A DNA stretch of 64,000 nucleotides, from NCBI GenBank assembly GCA_028534125.1, contig CM052825.1, positions 558,001-622,000 on the forward strand, in the 5' to 3' direction. Positions 1 through 12,239 of the stretch are shown in pieces. Within the stretch, counting starts at the first letter, position 1. Every line of letters starts with the position of its first letter. The DNA is from Lama glama (lineage: Eukaryota). The translations under genes and the position numbers were made by a program. The notes under the pieces were generated by a model. That model made no database searches and was not told the origin of the DNA. It saw only the letters and a list, made by a program, of their open reading frames with translations.

Positions 1-260
1 CCGCCCCTCAGCGCCGCCCCGCCCCGCCCCTGGCTTTCCTAATCCCGCGGCACCAGCCCCACCCGCAATCTCGTAACCCCGCCCAGCACCCTCAGAAGGC
101 TCCGCCCCCGGCGCCCAGATGCTTGGAGACCCTCCCCACCCGGGGACCGCCTGCCCGCCGGGTGCTCGCTGTGCGGACGGAGCCCCCGGGGCCTCCGCCA
201 CGGGGCCCGCTCCGTCCCCAGGGCCAGAGGGATCTGCCTCGCTTTCGCGTTCAGAAACAC
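1..260. promoter_or_regulatory. GC-box-rich CpG island edge, probably upstream promoter region of ADAP1 (gene lies left of window)
   Basis: Tandem CCGCCC boxes at 1-30 and high CpG density. The ADAP1 assignment rests only on recalled synteny (ADAP1-COX19-CYP2W1-C7orf50). Confidence 0.4.
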
Positions 261-350
261 CGGACGCCCCTGTGCTCACGTGTCTGCTGCTGCGTGAGAG
301 CAGCGGGGCTTGTCAATCCGAAACCGAAGGTAGCGAGCAGCCCCACTGGT

Positions 351-1046
351 GGGAGCTGCCGGAAGGTGCTGGAAGGTGTGGGTTTGCTGCTGAGCCCCGG
401 GGGGAGGGGGCTGTGGTTCCTGAGTCTCCCTCCAGCCCCGCTTTCTCTCCGGTCTGGACGAGCACCTGTCGCCCGAGACCCACCCCGCCAGGAACTTCCC
501 TCCGTGGCCATTTGCAAGCCTGTGGACACAGTCCGCACACTCACCTTTGGGGGATGGGGTGGACCTATGTCCCCCCTGAACCTGGGGCAGCTGGGGACAC
601 CTACTCCACGTGGACAGGCCTCGGGTCTCGGGCAGGAAGACAGACAGCGCAGCCCCAGCGGCTCAGCTGCTCCAGCCGGCGTTATTAGAGCCCGAAATCC
701 CTGACCCACGAGGCCAGAGGTCCCTGCGTGGACTCAGGCGCTGACCAGAACCAGATCAGGAGGAGAGTTGAGCGGAAGGGGGTGAGAGGGGAAAGTCACC
801 CCTGAGGGTCTGAGGCCCTTTGTAAAGTCAGACCCAGGGTCTGAGCAGCTGTGGGTCTTCCTGGAGCAGGGGTCGAGGGCCCACCTGTGCTGCTGGGGCA
901 AGAGGTGCTTGTCCAGACCAGAGAGGAAGCGGGCGGGGCTCAGGAGAGACCCAGGAACCACGGGCTCTCCCACCCCTGCCCCCTGCAGCCCCCCCCCCAG
1001 GGCTCAGCAATAAACCCACACCTTCCAGCACCTCCCGGCAGCTCCC
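351..1046. repeat. Imperfect inverted repeat, arms ~351-474 and ~896-1046, spacer ~420 bp
   Basis: GGGAGCTGCCGGAAGGTGCTGGAAGGTGTGGGTTTGCTGCTGAGCCC at 351 is the near reverse complement of GGGCTCAGCAATAAACCCACACCTTCCAGCACCTCCCGGCAGCTCCC ending at 1046. Similarity continues through GGTCTGGAC(G/A)AGCACCT. Opposite-strand ORF translations share VLEGVGLLLSPGG. Confidence 0.9.
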
Positions 1047-2898
1047 AGGGGCAGGATTCTGCTTGCTGCCTTCCAAGTTTAGGGAGAAAACAGGAAAATG
1101 TGAAGAAAACAGGCGGCCAGGGCTTATTTCAGAGACACTTTGTTTCCCTGGACAGTCGAGGGCACACCGAGGCCAGTCTGCATCTTCAGGCTGCAGCCAC
1201 AAGGCTGAGCAATAGGGGCTGAGCCTCCAAATTCAACTGCCTGACATCACAGGGCGCCCACAGCCCCACGGCAGGGGGACACTGAGGCCAGGCCTGGAGG
1301 AGCTGGGTGTCACCAGGAGAAGGAAGGGATTGGGGGAGAAGGGCAAAGGCAGGCGCCAGGGGACGCGGCACCCCCAGGCCCAAGGAACCGCCTACATGCA
1401 TGTGCGGGAGCTGGTGGTGCCGAGAGGAGTCGGCCTGGTGCACTCCCGCTGCCAGGCGTGGTTCCCCTGCTCCAAACCCGACCCAGCCCGGGCGGGGCTT
1501 GGAAGCCCTGGCGACAGTTCTGGAGGGGCTGCGCTCCCAGAGCCGAGGCTGGAGGCCAGTCAGTGTGGTTACAGACAACCCACCAGGAGTTCGTGCCCCG
1601 GGCCCCTCCAGGAGGAGAGCCAGCTCCACCTGGTCACGAGGCCAGCTGTGGAGATGGCTGCTCTGCTGACAGAGAAGTCGCCACATCTGGTGTCTCGCTC
1701 GGCCTCTGAGCTCCAAGCCCGTGCAGCACCCAGTGGGGCTTGCAGGCTCCCCTCCCACCCAGGACCCACCTTCTCCACACTACGAGGTGGGGATCCCCTC
1801 TGGCCCAGGGAGCAGGTGGAGCAGAGCTGACGGAAGGGGACGTGGATGAGGCCAGCGCAGGCTGTGAGCAGGCCCGGGACCCCGGTCGTTCCTGAGGGCG
1901 CACAGCCAGGCCCTGGGCCAGACACATATGGTGCCTGACTCCTCGTCTGTGAACAGGGACGGCACGTGAGCTGCCCGCAGGCCAGTCAGGACTGTCCCAG
2001 GACACAGCGGGAGGTGCAGGGGAGCCCGGCTCTGCCCCTCCCTGTGCCCCGTCTCTCCCTGCCAAGCCAGGCCCTCTGCTGCCGTTCGGTGGTCCTGGTG
2101 TCCATGTCTGCTGTGCACCAGGTCTCTCTGGATGCTGATCCCGCCCTAGTCCCAGCCAGGGGCACCGGCTGCAGACACGAGTTCAGATCCCGAGGGTCCA
2201 GAATTAGCCCCACCTTCCTGGGCGCCCACCTAACCCTGCACAACGGTGGCACTGGGCTTTCCAACCTCGGGGCACCCACAGAGCACAGCGGATACAGCCA
2301 TGCGGCGCTTCTGAACGCGGGCTGGCGGGTCCCGTCCTTCCAGGCCACGAGCCGGAGGGCGAGTCTAAGGGAGCCTGGCCGCTCGATCAGCACCTGCTCG
2401 GGCCAGGCCCCTGCTCCCTGGGCGGGGGTCCCTCACTGCACAGCGCAGCTGTGAGGTGATTCCATCCCCCCAGGAGAGACTTCACTCACAGAGTTATGAC
2501 AGACTCACTTGTCCCCTAGCTTAGCAGAAAGTTCTTTAATGCCTCCTGTGGTAATTAAATACCTACTTTCACTGGAAGACTGATTTCAAGCACCGGGCAG
2601 GTGGAAAGACACCAGAGACAGGAGCCCGTCCTTCCCTGTACAGGCCAGCAGGAAGCGGCACAGGGTCACTGACCTCCCACCGGGACCGACAGGGCCCCTC
2701 CCTCAAAGAGCCGATGGCGTCCACGCAGGTGGCGGCTGGCCTGCCTCAGCCAGCCCTCCGCGCTCTGTGGACCCAACACGTCAACCGGCACAGTCTTACC
2801 AGGAAAACCAGGCCGTATAAAATTACAGCCACAGGCACTTAATTTATAGGTGACAGAAAAGTACAACTAAGCACAAGGAGCTCTTTAAAACGAGTGAT

Positions 2899-2904
2899 TT
2901 TATT
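2899..2904 (-). terminator. Candidate distal polyadenylation signal (AATAAA) of COX19
   Basis: TTTATT on + within an AT-rich patch ~4.1 kb downstream of the COX19 stop, consistent with a long 3' UTR. Another AATAAA at 4966-4971 lies inside an L1 remnant. Confidence 0.4.
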
Positions 2905-3286
2905 GTTTCTATAAAAATGATACACACCTGTTATAAAACAGTCATGAAGGAACTGCCAGGTCAGGCGTCCTCGACACCTGCTGCCGTGCCCGCACCACGC
3001 TCACCAGCCGGGGCACCCAGACCCCGCACAGGAATGGGGGTCTGCACCCATGTGCAATCTGGCCCTGACTTCTGAGTCTGTCGTCCGCCAGAAGGAACAG
3101 CAAAGCAGATGCCAGATTCAGAAAAACATGGACTTCAGTCCTGAGGAAACCTACCCCATGGCCGGTTGCTGCAGATGATCAGGACAGACACACGGCTGTC
3201 TGAGAGCCGGTGCCAGCTGCTTATCACCCGGCCATGCAGGGACCCAGCACCGGGCTCACATGCCCCCCAGTCACTGTCCAGGGCTG

Positions 3287-3716
3287 CTGTCGGCAGAAGA
3301 ATGGCCCCAAGTGCCCGCATCCTGGTCCCAAAGCCCGTGAATCCAGGGCCTGACGTGGCCAACGGGACTTTGGAGAAGTGGTTGGGTCAAGGACCTTGAG
3401 GTGGGAGATGACCCTGGACCATCCCGCCGCCCAGTGTCATCACGAGGTCCTCACAGGAGGGAGATGGGAGGACCCGGGTCAGAGAGGGGATGCGGGGAAG
3501 AGAGAGGAAACCACGCCTCGGCTCATCGTGGTGGACAGCCACGGCCAGGGAACGCGGCACCTCTCGGAGCCCGGGAAGGCAGAGGCGGGCCTCCCAGAGC
3601 CTCCGGAGGGAACCAGCCCCCGGGCGCATCTGGATTGGGCCTCTGGGTGCAGCAGAAACGTGCTGTTTAGGGCGCCGAGTCTGCGGCGACCCGTCAGTGC
3701 AGCAGCAGGAACTGAG
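3287..3716 (+). mobile_element. MaLR solo LTR (MLT1D-like), decayed
   Basis: GCAGAAGAATGGCCCCAAG...GGGACTTTGGAGAAGTGGTT...AGGACCTTGAGGTGGGAGATGACCCTGGA...GAGCCTCCGGAGGGAACCAGCCC...GCAGCAGCAGGAACTGA resembles recalled MLT1 consensus blocks. Confidence 0.7.
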
Positions 3717-4369
3717 GAACCTTCATGGTGGGGAGGAACCTGAGCGCTCCGAAAAAACAAAACAGACCCCGTCCTTCTAAACAGATACAGAGTCGGCAGA
3801 ACCGGGGAGGGCCACGGCAGCAGAGGGGAGGGCCACACGGCCCGGGGCTGCAGTGAGCCAGGCCAAGGGGGGCTCCGCCGGCCTCACCCCCCAGGAAGGC
3901 GCTGAGCGCCGAGGTCTGACCTCGGCGGCTGCACTGCCCCCCCACCTCCTGCCTAAGGACGATGCTTGGGAAACGTCCTGGAGGTTGTCTCTGGGCGCCT
4001 TCTAGTCAGGCCGCTGGCTCGCCGTGACAAGTGTCTACAGGAGGAAGACGCAGTCTCGGCGTGACAGACGACAAGCAGCCAGAACACCTCGCAGGAGCCG
4101 AGGCAGGACAGGGCAGGGCCAGCCAGGATGTCGGGGGCCCGCAGCCTCACACTTGTAGCAACTCAGACCCAGAGAACGGCAGGCAGTGCCGGGAGGCTCT
4201 CCTCTGTCCAGAGCCCACTGTCCCCGCCTCCAGCTTCGGGCTCCTCCGCGTCCCCTCCTGACGCCGACACCGTCGCGCCTGCCTTCTCCCTCTGAGAGTC
4301 ATGAGTGTGGTTTAAGAGTTCACCCAGTCGTGTATGTACAAAGTTCAGCTACAGAGAGCTTAATACAAA

Positions 4370-5100
4370 GTATTTTTTTAACATTTCACTGTGAAATAAT
4401 TTGACTTCTGAAAAGCTGCAAAAACAGGCCAGAGCTGTTCTGGCCCCTCCCCCAGACGACATCTCCTGTGAGCAGAGAGCACAACGCACTGGGACCAACC
4501 TGCAGGTCCTGTGGCCTCGCCGACCACCAGGGACGCTCGGCGCGGTCAGTCTCACAGCTCTGGACACTGGGCTGGGGACAGCTCCTCGGACTGTCCTCCA
4601 GGACCCGGCACTTCTGAGAAGGGTAAGTCTCCCTCTGCAGAGCAATCCTTGGGCTGGGTCTGCCTGTGTTTCCTCATCAGACTGAGGTTGTGCACTTTTG
4701 TGGGGAAAACCCCAGAAGTGAGGCTGTGCTTCTCAGGGCACCGGATGGGGCGGGCGCCCACACAGACAAGTCTCAGCGACGCACCTCGTGGGGCGCCCTC
4801 CGACCAGTGCGCCGCCCACCCGTCTCAGGACCTGCCGCCACCATGTTCGCGCCTTCTGTTTCCGTGGGCCCGTCTGGCTAGCCGGGCCGGGAGGCGCCGC
4901 CCCTTCCCCCGCAGAGGCGTTTACCCAGGGCACGACCTCCATCAGCATGGACTCGCGGACAGTAATTTATTCCGATGGCTACAGCCCACCAGTCATTTAC
5001 TTTCTTGCTCAAGTTGTCCCCGATTTGACCACTGGGAGCTCCATGACGTGTTCATTCAACAAACCCCTTCGTTTTTTCAGCAATTCCTCACTTTCTGACA
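4370..5100 (-). mobile_element. Old LINE-1 3' end remnant (L1MC4-like)
   Basis: TGAAATAATTTGACTTCTGAAAAGCTGCAAAAA and GTTTCCTCATCAGACTGAGGTTGTGCACTTTTG...CAGAAGTGAGGCTGTGCTTCTCAG resemble the L1MC 3' UTR. Boundaries are approximate. Confidence 0.55.
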
Positions 5101-7010
5101 CAAGAGGGTCCAGGGTCCTCAGGACTTTCTTGGCCCTGGGCCTGGCCTCAGCCATTTCTTCAAGGATCCCTGTTCCTCTGGTTGGACGGCGGCCTCAGAT
5201 CCAGGATCCGGCCACCCGGTGCCGCTGGGTGTCACTGCCTCGGCCCCTCAGCGCCCACAGCACAGGGCGTTCATGCACGCCTGCGAGCGCACATGCACAC
5301 ACAGTGTCTGTGCCTCCACTGGCTACCATTACAGACATCTGAGAAGCAGTTGCTCACTACATCCGGCCATCAGCGCCCACAAAAGAGCTCCGTGTTTTCA
5401 TCTTAGGAGTCACAGCTTCAGAACCACTGTGCACGGGAGAAACAATGTGCCAACCAGACTACGGAACTGTCTTCCTGTCCCTGGCTTTAGTCAAAGTATA
5501 CTTTCCCGAGCCCCGTCTCCCCAGCCCCATCGGTGACACACACCGCGGCTGTTCCAAGGGGGTATCCCACATCCTGGCTTATTTTCTGAGCACGTAAAAC
5601 AAGAAAGTGGTTCAGAGTCACGACGACACCAAGAGGCACTCAGAGAGGTGTCGCCCTGTGCCACCTGCCCCGACAGTGCCCACCCTCACGGGTTCCTGGT
5701 TCTCCTTCCTGAGTTTCTTTTGCTCAGACACGCGGGTGTCACTTAGCTCCTCCTCGCTCTACCACGCGATGCCCCTGGACTTGGAGTTCCCACCCCACAG
5801 CCCTGAGGAGGTGGAGATGGAACCAGCCTTGGAGGGACTGTCAGCATGGGTCTGACCGAGGGACTGACCACCAGTGCAGGACTGAGAGAGGAGAGGACGT
5901 CTACACAGAGAACTGGACCAGCCGAGGAGCAGAGCACGGCCACTTCCAGCCCAGGCCTGTCGCTGGGCTGAAGCGGGGGTCAGGGCTGGCTGTCCCAGCG
6001 GGGGGCATACCTGGCTCCTCCGGTCACCACCTCCCACTGGCCACTCCAGGACAAAAGCCAGCTGACTAGGGGGCCAGGGGAGGAAGCCCAGAGGGCAGGT
6101 CCGAGGGCAAGCAGGCCCAAGCCTTGTGCACACAGAGCCCCGCGGTGGTTGGACCCACACAAGTCACCCCAGAAACGCCAGTGCAGGGTCTGGACACCGG
6201 AGGGGTTTCTTCCGACAGAAGCTCCAGGCAGGGTCCCCGGAAAGAGCCGCTGGCTGGGGATGTGGGGCTTTTTCTGAGTAAAAGAACAGGAGGCCGCTTG
6301 TGCAAATCGACTGATAAACGGAGACACCCTGGTTTTCAGTTTCAGCAAATGAGCTCTTGATATTAAACGTCTACTTTTACAAATATGGCCTGATATAAAT
6401 CAGAGAATAACCCTAGATTAGAAAGATACATGGTGTTCAGGTTACCAGAAAAACAAGAAGTCAGATGTGTCAAAAGCCAGGCACTTCCCACTTCCAAGCT
6501 CATCCTCTATTTTGGGGAGGGAAGGAAGGAAGGAGGGAGGCAGGACGGAAGGGCATGTGTACTTATGATGACAAAGGGGAAACCGTTTTCTAGGGAACGA
6601 CTTCCCCACAAAGTGTCTACGTAACAGGCTGAGCTCCGTGGACATTTAGCACGCCGGTACTGAGAAGGCACGCAGAGCACGGGAACGTGAAGCCAGCATC
6701 CGTCCAGGTGTCGCTGTCAGATGTCACCCAGAGTCTCCACCTCCCCAGGGGCTCTGTCACACACCCATATTTAAAAATAAAACCCACACTCTTGGGGGGA
6801 CTTGGGACTCCAAAAGAGACGATAGTTTTCCAAGCACTTTGGGGAGCTTCAGCAGACCAGCTGTTTCCCCAGCCGCGGGGTGCAACCCCCCAGGGAGGGG
6901 TGTCTGTTCTGATCGGGGCGGTATCTCATAGGCACCCCCAGCCCCTCCTGAGCCACAGTACCTACAGGTGGGCGGTCGGGCACCACAGTGGCCCCGCAGG
7001 CTTCTTCCCC

Positions 7011-7095
7011 TCAGGGTTCAGTCTTTGTCTCTGATTTTCCATCTATCAAGTCTCCAAATCCCAGCTTCTCCAGGGGTTCCTGTACCATCAGCTGC
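7011..7095 (-). CDS. COX19: COX19 coding exon 3 (last)
   Basis: Acceptor TTTCCCTTTTAG|G; encodes (R)QLMVQEPLEKLGFGDLIDGKSETKTEP*, matching the recalled COX19 C-terminus KLMLQEPLEKLGFGDL. TGA at 7013-7011; 85 nt. Confidence 0.93.
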
Positions 7096-7403
7096 CTAAA
7101 AGGGAAAGCGAGAGCTGTCAAGGTGGCCAGGAGGCAAAGGAGGAGCCCCAGCCACACAGAGTGGAGTCGACACAGCCAAGAGGACGGCCCCCAAACCTCC
7201 CAGCACGTGGGACTCAGAGCCCTTCTGCGGCCCTCCTCCTCCCAGCTGGGGTCCGCGCCTCTGGGTTCGGGGGACCACCGCTGACGGAGGGTGGGCACGC
7301 ACAGGGTGGGCGAGCCCCTAGGAGCCGGGTAGAGCAGGGCTGTGGTCGCCCCCATGTGGCCCAGGTCCGTGTGAAGTGGGCCGCGGAAGGGACAGCACAG
7401 CTG

Positions 7404-7695
7404 CCTCCTGTCCCACACACTCCAGGGGAAGCAGCCTGGGCTTGGCTTGGTTTTGTTTGGGGTGGGGACTGGGGGGCCTCCTGTCCCGCACACTCCAGGG
7501 CAAACAGCCTGGGCTCGGCTTGGCTTGGTTTGGGGTGGGGGTTGGGGGGCCTCCTGTCCCGCACACTCCAGGGGAAGCAGCCTGGGCCCGGCTTGGCTTG
7601 GTTTGGGGTGGGGACTGGGGGGCCTCCTGTCCCGCACACTCCAGGGGAAGCAGCCTGGGCCTGGCTTGGCTTGGTTTGGGGTGGGGGCTGGGGGT
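7404..7695. repeat. Minisatellite, 4 x 73-bp G-rich unit in the last COX19 intron
   Basis: CCTCCTGTCCC(A/G)CACACTCCAGGG starts at 7404, 7477, 7550 and 7623 (period 73), each followed by GGCTTGGCTTGG-type and GGGGTGGGG tracts. Confidence 0.95.
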
Positions 7696-10600
7696 GGGCT
7701 GAGACCCACTTTCAGAGGCCTGCTGAGCTTCTTCGGGGCGGAAGCACAGGTCCTGGTGGGGTGCCATCAGGGAAGCCTGGCATGACCAGCAGCCGGGGGC
7801 TTAACAGGAACTGCCCATCCCGAGCCCGCACCCAGCTGTGCGGGTCCCACCTCACTCATGCCCCGAGTTCACCCAGGCAAGCCGGCGAGGCACCTGGTCA
7901 GACGACCATCGTGCCTGCAGGTCTTCAGGGGTCAAATGCGGGCTGCCCTGAGTCCAAAGAAACGTAAGACAGCTCTGGGAGATGATCTGTCACCCAGACC
8001 GCCCGAGTTTCCTAGCAGCCGTCCCCAGAAAGAAACTGAAGGCAACCGCTTTGAACAGCTAGAATGTTTTGGGATTTGCTCTCAAAGACTTCAGCAGCAG
8101 AGATGAGAAGTGAGGAGGGAGGGATCAGAGATGGGGGAACGCTGGCAGCTGTCGACACTGGGACTGAGCGCAAGGGGGTCACCACACTGCTCTCCTTACT
8201 CTTCTGTGTGCTCGACAATTTCCTTTACAAAAAGCTGGAGAATCCACTCAAGAAATCTACTGGCAAGCCAGACTGCGTAAGTATGTGACCACGTCCCCCA
8301 GCCGATGGGCAGGCCTCGCTGTGGCTCCCTGCGGCCAGTGCCTGTTAGGTAGAGTGGCTAGCAGCCCTGCCCGCCCCCACACGGCCCTCTGGCCCTGGTC
8401 TCTGCACCCAGGAGGCTCAGGCAGCTCACAAGTGTCAATGCCTCCAGCATGCAGTGTCAGCTGCAGCAAGACACTGTCACAGGCGGGGCAGACACACGTC
8501 CCCGCCCACCAGCAGCAGGGAAAGGACACCAGCAACACAGAACCCCACCAACGCGAAGCCCCACACCCCAGCTGCACGTCAGCTGAAAGACAGAGAGTCT
8601 TCTCACATCTGGAAACTCAGCAGTTCCACGGGAAGGGGGCGAGCCCAGCCTGGAAAGGGGCCCAGGGCGGGGTGCAGAGGCCCCAGAAACTCGAGATGGC
8701 AGAGCCACTGCCACAGCAGGGGGGCCCCTGGCAACCCCGCTCATCGTGTGGCCTCTGAACTTGCTGTGCTGGCCGGTGAAAAGTCAACAGAAGACCAGAA
8801 GCCAGTGTCCATGGCCTGGCAGAGAAGGGGGGGTGGTGAGGGCTCCTGGACGGCTCCGAGGTCCAGTGCCCCACCACCACCCCCAGCCTACTCCAGCCTG
8901 GCCACGCCCACAAGCCCAGAGGCCTGTCACTATCCCTTAGGAAAATGTCCCCAGAGCCACAAACCCCAGGCAGCACAATTTAACCTGGTAGCGAATACAG
9001 TAACCCTATACTGGTGGAACACAAGACACTCCTTAAACCCAAATCGGGCAAACGATGATACATTTCCCCATGTCCTGGCGACAGCACAGCCGGCCCACAG
9101 TCCTTAGGACTGACCGCTCAGGCTTCACCAGGATCTGCAGAACGACCCCCCGAGGACACCCTACGCCCCGGAACCCGTGAGCATGACCTCAGGAGGCTAA
9201 GCTGCCGATTCTGACACGAGAGCCCTTGGGTTACCAGGGGGGACCCAGCCCAGTCCCAGGAACCCTCAAGTCGGAGTCAGAGAGGAGACGGGAAGAGCAG
9301 GACAGGACAGACAGACGCAGTGCCGCTGGCAGTGAGGACGGTGGACACGCGCCTCCAGGAGCTGGAGAAGGCCTGGAAGCAAGCCTGCCCGGGGCCTCCA
9401 GGGGGCCGGCCGGCCCGCCCCAACTTCAGTGTTCACTGGCCTCTCCGGGGGTGGGGGTGCCTCGGGCGTCCCAGGGGCCGGCTGCTCCACCCTCTGGCGC
9501 CCCACACACCAGGGAGCGGGTGAGTAGCCCCCGACGCCCACCCCACAGCGCGGGAACCAGGCTTCAGAAGGCGTATCACCGTGTACTTGCTGTACCCCCA
9601 CCAACAGAGTAATCCCAACTTTCACAGCTTTTGCCAAGAGAACAGGTGACCCACTTCTAAACCCACACCTACAAGTCCTCATGAGGCAACTTAGAAACTC
9701 TCCTATGGTCTGGTTTTTAAAAAGATGTATGTGAAGTAAGTAGGGGTGAAACAAGGTCTGGGATTTCAGCAAAAAATGGAAAAAAGGAAAAGAAAAGAGG
9801 TTTTCAAGAAGGCGGTGGGGAAGTAAACATGCAAAATCTTCATACTGAACCTGGGTGATGGTTCCAGAGGTCCAGACTACCCTCTGTTTTTGCATGTTTG
9901 AGGAATTCCACTAGGAGAAAACTGAAAAGCTCTGGTCAAAATAACTGACCAAGTCAGAAACACACACACCCGTGCATTCAGCCAAACGTCGCCTGACCAC
10001 CAGCGACGCCCCTGGACTGGGGAGCCCACAAGCCACCTGCACCACGGGTCCCCAGCAGGCCCCAGGCACGCTGGCCCCCAAGGGCTGTGCAGATCCCGGC
10101 ACCACCACATGCAGGCCCGGGCAGCCCACCACCAGGGGCAAAAGGAGAGCAAAGAGAGGGCTTTTCCACTGGTCCCACCTGGCAGCTGCCATCAGACCAG
10201 CCATAAGCCTCTCTGGACACCCAACCAGCCAACCTCTCCAGAGCAACCTGACACAGGAGCTGCTGGGCACCACGCTGGCACAGGGATGACTAGCCCGAGC
10301 TTCCGGGAGGCAGGCGACAGCTCACATCCTCGCACGGGGCAGAGACCTGCTCCAAACTCTGCCTCAAGGCGTGGCAGCACCCAGAAGAAACTCACTGGGC
10401 TCCGGTGTTTCAAAGATGCAGCAACTTAAAAGACAGTGATGGAAACACATGGACCCCACTGAAGTGCTGCTTGAAGACTCAAGAGCCGGCCTGAGGCCAG
10501 CCCCTTGTCAGACCTACGCCCCAGTGGGCCTGAAGGCAGACTCAGAAGGTAGCACAGGGGTGTCCCCGGAGGGCTGTGCTGCCAAGAAGACCATCACCCT

Positions 10601-11387
10601 CAAAGCCCCAAATGTCCAGACGGCCCTCAACACCTGGGGCCTGCAAAGCACAAGAGAGTTTGCCTGGAGGGGAACGTCTGAGTTTGTTGTGGAAAACTGA
10701 GAACGGGGCTCCAAGTGGACTGATTTATGACAAGGCCTCTGACTTAGTGAGCTGACGAAGGGCTCAAAAGGCAGAAAGAAAAGTTCCCACTCCACGCCGT
10801 AATTATATGTCACACGCCTTCCCCATTAAAGTTTACAGTAGTTCTTATTTTAAGTAAACTCTTGATGGATCAGTTAGAGCGTTTGTTTTCTTTCAACGTG
10901 AGCGCCGGTGAATTCTGGTTAGGACAGGGAGAACTCCTCATCTTTCATCGTTTCTTATAGGACTATTGCTCCCCCCTCATCGTACTGCAAAAGGCTCGGG
11001 GCCTACATGGAACAAAACAGACCACACACCTTCATGCTCTCAGAACGCGAAAGAGGTACCCTGCGCACCCACAGCCTTCAATCTTTTGACTCAGTGTTTT
11101 CATGATGTAGATTCTGAAACCTGAATGACATGTCAACAGCACCCAAAGTTGGAAAGAAAATATTCTGAGGAATGCAAACGTCTACAAAGCCACCAGTGGA
11201 GGAAAGGTTCCCATGGTTACTGAAGAACTTTCCGTATAACTTAATCTGATAAGCCTCACTCTTGGGCGGGCAGTCCTGCAGTTCTGAAGCACACACGCTA
11301 AACCCGAGGCCTGAAGGAGGCCTCACGTTTTTCTCTCAACACAAACGTTTTGGTGGGAGATGTGGGGCGGGGGAGAAGTCGTATCTG

Positions 11388-11527
11388 NNNNNNNNNNNNN
11401 NNNNNNNNNNNNNNNNNNNNNNNNNNNNNNNNNNNNNNNNNNNNNNNNNNNNNNNNNNNNNNNNNNNNNNNNNNNNNNNNNNNNNNNNNNNNNNNNNNNN
11501 NNNNNNNNNNNNNNNNNNNNNNNNNNN
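11388..11527. other. Assembly gap (140 N), probable location of COX19 exon 2
   Basis: Exon 1 (82 nt) and exon 3 (85 nt) need a middle exon of length 1 mod 3. The ~112-nt twin-CX9C exon is not visible elsewhere between 7096 and 12544 and would fit in 140 N. Confidence 0.7.
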
Positions 11528-12089
11528 AAAGTGTCCTTTTATTTTTTTATTTTAAAAATCAAAATTTTATTACCAAGTGGAAAACAGAATTATTACTACA
11601 CAGATTGACACTGGAGATAGTTATTCACACGTTATATCGATTTCTTTTCAGTAACCCAAAGCTCACGATAGGATATTAGCTTCAGATCAGAAAAATCTGA
11701 AAAGGCAAGAACAAATGATTACCAAATAACTACAATTACACTTATAAAATTGGGAATAAAATCTTAATCTGCACTTAATGTACATCTTTTTTCCTTCTTC
11801 AGTGTGGAAAAGTATCCTTTTTAAAAGTGAAAACATGGCCCGCTCACCCAGCAGCCCTACTGCCTGCACTGCTCTTCCTTCAAAACTGGTTTCCCTCGGA
11901 AACATGCGGGAAACGACCCTGGGAAAACGGACCCTGGGAAAACGAACGTACGACGTGGAACATCAGCTGCGGGAAAAGGGTAGAACCCCGGTGGTGGGCG
12001 CGGGGAGCTCACCGTAGGATCCCTTCAATTTTGCTGTGCTTGGAAAACTTCAGAGTGAAATGTTGGCAAACAAAAATCACCTAGAATCC

Positions 12090-12160
12090 GGGGGAGGGCG
12101 TCGCTCAGCGGCAGAGCGAGGTCCTGGGTTCAGTCCTCAGCACCTCCATTAAAAATAATG
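12090..12160 (+). mobile_element. tRNA-derived SINE, camelid type, with internal deletion
   Basis: GGGGAGGGCGTCGCTCAGCGGCAGAGC (A box), GAGGTCCTGGGTTCAGTCCTCAGCACCTCC (B box), then an A-rich tail. It lacks the central CATGCTTAGCTTGCAC block seen in the copy at 48910-49051. Confidence 0.75.
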
Positions 12161-12239
12161 GTAATGATCTATAAACCTATTTTCGAAGCCTTAGTCTCCG
12201 GAGGGTCACCTCAACGTTGAGCCTGAAAACCTAAGTTCT

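Noticed and set aside
7404-7695. Regularly spaced repeats as a CRISPR array
   Set aside because: Units are contiguous and near-identical with no unique spacers, there are no cas genes, and the DNA is mammalian.
11915-11944. 15-bp tandem duplication GACCCTGGGAAAACG
   Set aside because: It is real but most simply a slippage duplication, with no evidence of function.
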